From a virus (Duplodnaviria; Heunggongvirae; Uroviricota; Caudoviricetes), in IMG/VR virus record IMGVR_UViG_3300021255_003438, positions 13,508 through 77,507 of that record: DNA of 64,000 bases. One strand, written 5' to 3'. Position numbers and translations under genes: made by a program. Positions 60,893 through 64,000 of this stretch are shown one piece after another. Each line of letters starts with the position of its first letter. Position 1 is the first letter of the stretch. The notes beneath the pieces are model-generated. The model was not told the origin of the DNA, ran no database searches, and saw only the letters and a list, made by a program, of their open reading frames with translations.

Positions 60893-61321
60893 TTATTCCC
60901 CATTATGTTCTTCCCAAGAGGTTCTTATTTCGTCAGTAACCTTTTGGTATATGTCCGTGCCCTTTGCAAGGCCATAGACTTTCTTTGTCCATCCGAAAAC
61001 GGACGTTCCAGTGCTACCAATCTTAAACCAAAGTTCATGATTGTGGCTTGAACTTGATATTTCCCACACTTGGTGCACCATAGGATATTCGTTGCCGTAT
61101 CCGTCATCAATAAGGCAGAATACACAATCGCCTCTTTTAATGTCAATAGGAACACAAGGTTTAATCTTGCAGTATTCCATGTGGTTAATCAATGGACGAA
61201 GTGATGTTCCAGCTTCCCAATGATATACGGTTTCACCATGTTTAAGGGCTTCTTCAATTTCCTTATAGTCTTGAACTACCCTTATTCCATCTATTTCTTT
61301 TGGTTCATTTACTATCCTCAT
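60893..61321 (-). CDS. Hypothetical protein
   Basis: 142 aa ORF. Confidence 0.4.
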   Translation of the reverse strand: MRIVNEPKEIDGIRVVQDYKEIEEALKHGETVYHWEAGTSLRPLINHMEYCKIKPCVPIDIKRGDCVFCLIDDGYGNEYPMVHQVWEISSSSHNHELWFKIGSTGTSVFGWTKKVYGLAKGTDIYQKVTDEIRTSWEEHNGE

Positions 61322-62787
61322 AACATTTCAAATAATTTATAAAGTTCGTTTGTGTCATCATCGACTGCTGTTTTTCTCTTCTTTTTTACGCCACTGAGTT
61401 TACACATTGTGTCCAAGTCTTCTTTCATAATTGCAATAGAAGAGTTAAGAGACTTTACATAGTTGTTCAGAGAGTTGACCATCATGTCAACTGATGCCAC
61501 ACTACCATTGAAATTCATTCGTGGCAAAGAAGGAATTGTGGGCATTTTAATGTTGTAGTTTTTCATTCTGAAAACTGCTGCTTCTGCCCTTTTCCTTTGT
61601 TCTTTGATTCTTCTTTCCTCTGCTTCTATTCTTTTACGTTTTTCTTCCTCTTCTCTTCTAGCCCTTTCAGCAGCTTCTTTAGCTTTCCTTTCCTTTTCAG
61701 CTTCGTACTCTTCAATGGTAATTGCGCCTAGTTCATCCCAACTAATTGTGAAATATTCATTTGGGTTAACGCCATCGAAATAAGCTCTATCAACACCAAA
61801 ACATCTATCAATTGAGTCTTCTACACCTTTTTTCGTTAATTTGATTAGAATGTAAATAGTATCCTCAGATGATATAAAATTGCCATGATTGAACAGCATA
61901 CCTTTTGGATAAACAATTTGAATATCCAAATTTGTTTTATCTTTGGTGATATAACCGTTGCCATATACTAATGGTTCAATTGTCTGAATCCTTACACTCT
62001 TCTCAAACTGCTTTTCGGTAATAAGATGACCACTAGGAGTTAGGACATACCCATCAAAGTAATCCTTAAACCCATCAAGTCTTATAAGTATGTTCCTAAC
62101 GGTGTTATCAATGTCTGACAATGGAGTAGTACCTAAGTTGTTCTTATCAAATGGTATAATGTCTTTAACTCTTTTCCAAGCTAGTTTCTTAGGAAAAAGC
62201 TGCAAACCAGTCTGATATTCAATTCCAAGCTGTGCACAGTCATTTTTGGATAATGTAAATATTAATCCTTTTTCTCCACCCACTTGTTTTACGATGACAG
62301 AATCAACTTTAACTCCATGAAACTCATCAACCATACCAACAAGTTCATAGACTTTCTCTTCCATCTTAAACCCATCGCAAGCTACACCCCTTAAAGCATA
62401 CTTCTCACCTTCAATAAACTTAGGTATCATATGCTTTGGTTCATTTACCACGCTCATGTCGGTAAAGTCAACAGCTTCAAACAACTCTTTAGGCTGAGAA
62501 AATAGCTTCTCAACCTTTGGCGTGCTGCGTTTGCGAGGACAGCCTATAGCTTCCAAAGCAGCGTTGTTAATTTCGTCTACCACCTTAAAAACGGTGCTAT
62601 TACTATTCCACAAACTCATTATATTAGTATCTACTATATCAGTCAACGGAAAAACTATTCCATCATCTGTGCTTTTTAATAAAAGGTTATTACCTTGCGC
62701 ATCTGTTACTATCTTAACAACACCTAACCCACTAGGCAGTTTAGTCCTAGTGGGAGGTGGTATTCTAGATGGAGTTATTTTTGCCAT
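61318..62787 (-). CDS. Hypothetical protein with a charged coiled-coil segment
   Basis: 489 aa. 'EAEKERKAKEAAERARREEEEKRKRIEAEERRIKEQRKRAE'. Confidence 0.45.
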   Translation of the reverse strand: MAKITPSRIPPPTRTKLPSGLGVVKIVTDAQGNNLLLKSTDDGIVFPLTDIVDTNIMSLWNSNSTVFKVVDEINNAALEAIGCPRKRSTPKVEKLFSQPKELFEAVDFTDMSVVNEPKHMIPKFIEGEKYALRGVACDGFKMEEKVYELVGMVDEFHGVKVDSVIVKQVGGEKGLIFTLSKNDCAQLGIEYQTGLQLFPKKLAWKRVKDIIPFDKNNLGTTPLSDIDNTVRNILIRLDGFKDYFDGYVLTPSGHLITEKQFEKSVRIQTIEPLVYGNGYITKDKTNLDIQIVYPKGMLFNHGNFISSEDTIYILIKLTKKGVEDSIDRCFGVDRAYFDGVNPNEYFTISWDELGAITIEEYEAEKERKAKEAAERARREEEEKRKRIEAEERRIKEQRKRAEAAVFRMKNYNIKMPTIPSLPRMNFNGSVASVDMMVNSLNNYVKSLNSSIAIMKEDLDTMCKLSGVKKKRKTAVDDDTNELYKLFEML

Positions 62788-63971
62788 TACTTCTCAAGCA
62801 TTCTTATGCCATCATTTTGAAGCTCCTTGGCAATAACACGCTGTGTCGATTCAGCAACACCAAGTGCTGTCTGAGACATCTGCTTCTCCAACTTGGCAAT
62901 TTCAGCCTCGGCAGCAGCACGCTTCTGAGCACCCTCTTGCTGGGCTTTCTGCACGCCCTCAACCGTAGCCAACAAATCTGTCGTAGTCTTACGAAGCGTT
63001 TCAATGTCAATTACTGTACGCTGATTCTGCTTTGCAACCTCAATTGCTTGGGTCTTCATCATTTCAGAATTCTTTCTGAAGATTTCATTGGTTGCATTTG
63101 CAACCTTACTACTAACTTCAAGACTCTGCTTCTGATTATACAAAGCCACTGCAAGTGAAAGCTGATTCTTCCAAAGAGGAATTGTCATGGCAATCTGAGA
63201 CTCTGTATTGTTGGCATCCATAATATTGGTGCGCTGAATAATGCGAATCTGCGTGAGAGACTGCTTAAACGCATAGCGAAGCATTGTAAGGTCTGTGAGA
63301 CGCTTATCCAAAGAATTTTTGTACTCTTCGATGTCGCTAATCTGATAGTCCTCATACTCGCCAACCCTAGACTTCATGTCTTCAATCAGTGTTCCAAGCT
63401 CATCGGACTTAATCTTACCTGCAATGATAAGGTCTTCAAGTTGGTCTACATAATCACAGTTGTTTTCAAACTGCTTCTGCAAAAGGTTGTTGTCACGAAT
63501 TGCAATCTGACGAGTGGCCTCAAGCTTATTGACAATACCATCAATGTTCTTCTGAATGGTGTTGTACTTGGCTTTAATCTGCTCAACAGATACCACAAGT
63601 TTGCGCAGCATAGGAATCTTACGCAAAAACCTCTTCATCTTACTAGGTGCTTCAAGGTCATCAATGTTGACCTCATGCAGTTCACCCAAAAGATTGGAAA
63701 TAAGCTCTGCTGATTCGATGCTTGTACGAGAGTCCATCTGCTGAGACAAAAAGTCATTGGAATAGGTGTCCATAGCCCTCTGTAGGTCAGAGCCATAGCT
63801 AGAGATACTTGTCAAGTCCTTTTCGTCAAGAACCTTTGCAATTTCAGCATAATAAGCTTTCTTTTGAGCTGGCAAGTTTTCCGTGTTAATCGTGCCATCA
63901 TCAGATACTCTCTTCTGAGGCAGATTTCCACTAATGTTCTCGCCATTAAGCTCTGCTTCTGCTTCTTCCAC
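62787..63971 (-). CDS. TelA-like (toxic anion resistance family) protein
   Basis: 394 aa. Mostly helical/coiled-coil. Length and sequence character fit the TelA/KlaB family. The start lies close to the window end. Confidence 0.4.
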   Translation of the reverse strand: MEEAEAELNGENISGNLPQKRVSDDGTINTENLPAQKKAYYAEIAKVLDEKDLTSISSYGSDLQRAMDTYSNDFLSQQMDSRTSIESAELISNLLGELHEVNIDDLEAPSKMKRFLRKIPMLRKLVVSVEQIKAKYNTIQKNIDGIVNKLEATRQIAIRDNNLLQKQFENNCDYVDQLEDLIIAGKIKSDELGTLIEDMKSRVGEYEDYQISDIEEYKNSLDKRLTDLTMLRYAFKQSLTQIRIIQRTNIMDANNTESQIAMTIPLWKNQLSLAVALYNQKQSLEVSSKVANATNEIFRKNSEMMKTQAIEVAKQNQRTVIDIETLRKTTTDLLATVEGVQKAQQEGAQKRAAAEAEIAKLEKQMSQTALGVAESTQRVIAKELQNDGIRMLEK

Positions 63972-64000
63972 AATAGTTTCAGCTACTTTCTTAGCCTTAC

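Overview
This window looks like part of a large (jumbo-type) phage genome that infects a Bacteroidota host (Bacteroides/Prevotella-like). Nearly all genes lie on the minus strand. More than 25 intergenic sites carry a conserved motif that matches the Bacteroidetes sigma-A promoter consensus on the minus strand (TTTG at -33, 19-20 nt spacer, TAnnTTTG at -7). The motif shows on the plus strand as CAAA[T/G]ATA ... CCAAA.

The left third (0.2-27 kb) encodes auxiliary enzymes:
- An NAD+ salvage and ADP-ribose toolkit: PncB at 4704-5927, PncA at 9131-9742, a NADAR domain protein at 2978-3481, and a Nudix hydrolase at 25575-26165. CinA/PncC-like and HIT proteins follow further right at 34.0-34.9 kb.
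- tRNA/RNA maturation and repair functions: two KxDG RNA ligase-like proteins, a CCA-adding enzyme, and a degenerate phosphoesterase.
- DHFR, an M20-like peptidase, and two very large paralogous ankyrin-repeat proteins.

The middle and right part (27.3-60.6 kb) is an extraordinary minus-strand tRNA island. I could decode about 32 canonical or near-canonical tRNAs by hand, with anticodons including CAT x4, CCT, TAT?, TGC, TAC, CGT, TGT, CTT, TTT, GCT, TGA, GTT, GTC, GAA, ACG, TCT, TCC, TGG, GTG, GTA, CTG, TTC and CTC. The island also holds at least 15 non-canonical tRNA-like elements: a candidate amber-suppressor tRNA (anticodon CUA); long tRNA-like genes of about 105-125 nt; orphan 3' halves; and three 3'-half then 5'-half 'permuted/split' tRNA-like units with complementary acceptor strands. 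A conserved GGAAC(G/T)TACAGCAA trailer motif abuts many tRNA 3' ends.

Three HNH homing-endonuclease genes sit inside the island. One is on the plus strand and is flanked by a 21-bp direct repeat that copies a tRNA 3' end. A GC-richer ~0.8 kb region with no ORFs lies at 37.8-38.6 kb. Small accessory genes are scattered through the island: radical SAM, GNAT, PI-PLC-like, S24 peptidase-like, an OmpA-like outer-membrane protein, and an NT5C-like nucleotidase. The window ends with three minus-strand genes, the last TelA-like.

All calls are from manual reading of the sequence and ORF track. No database searches were run. tRNA coordinates were derived by hand and may be off by a few nucleotides.
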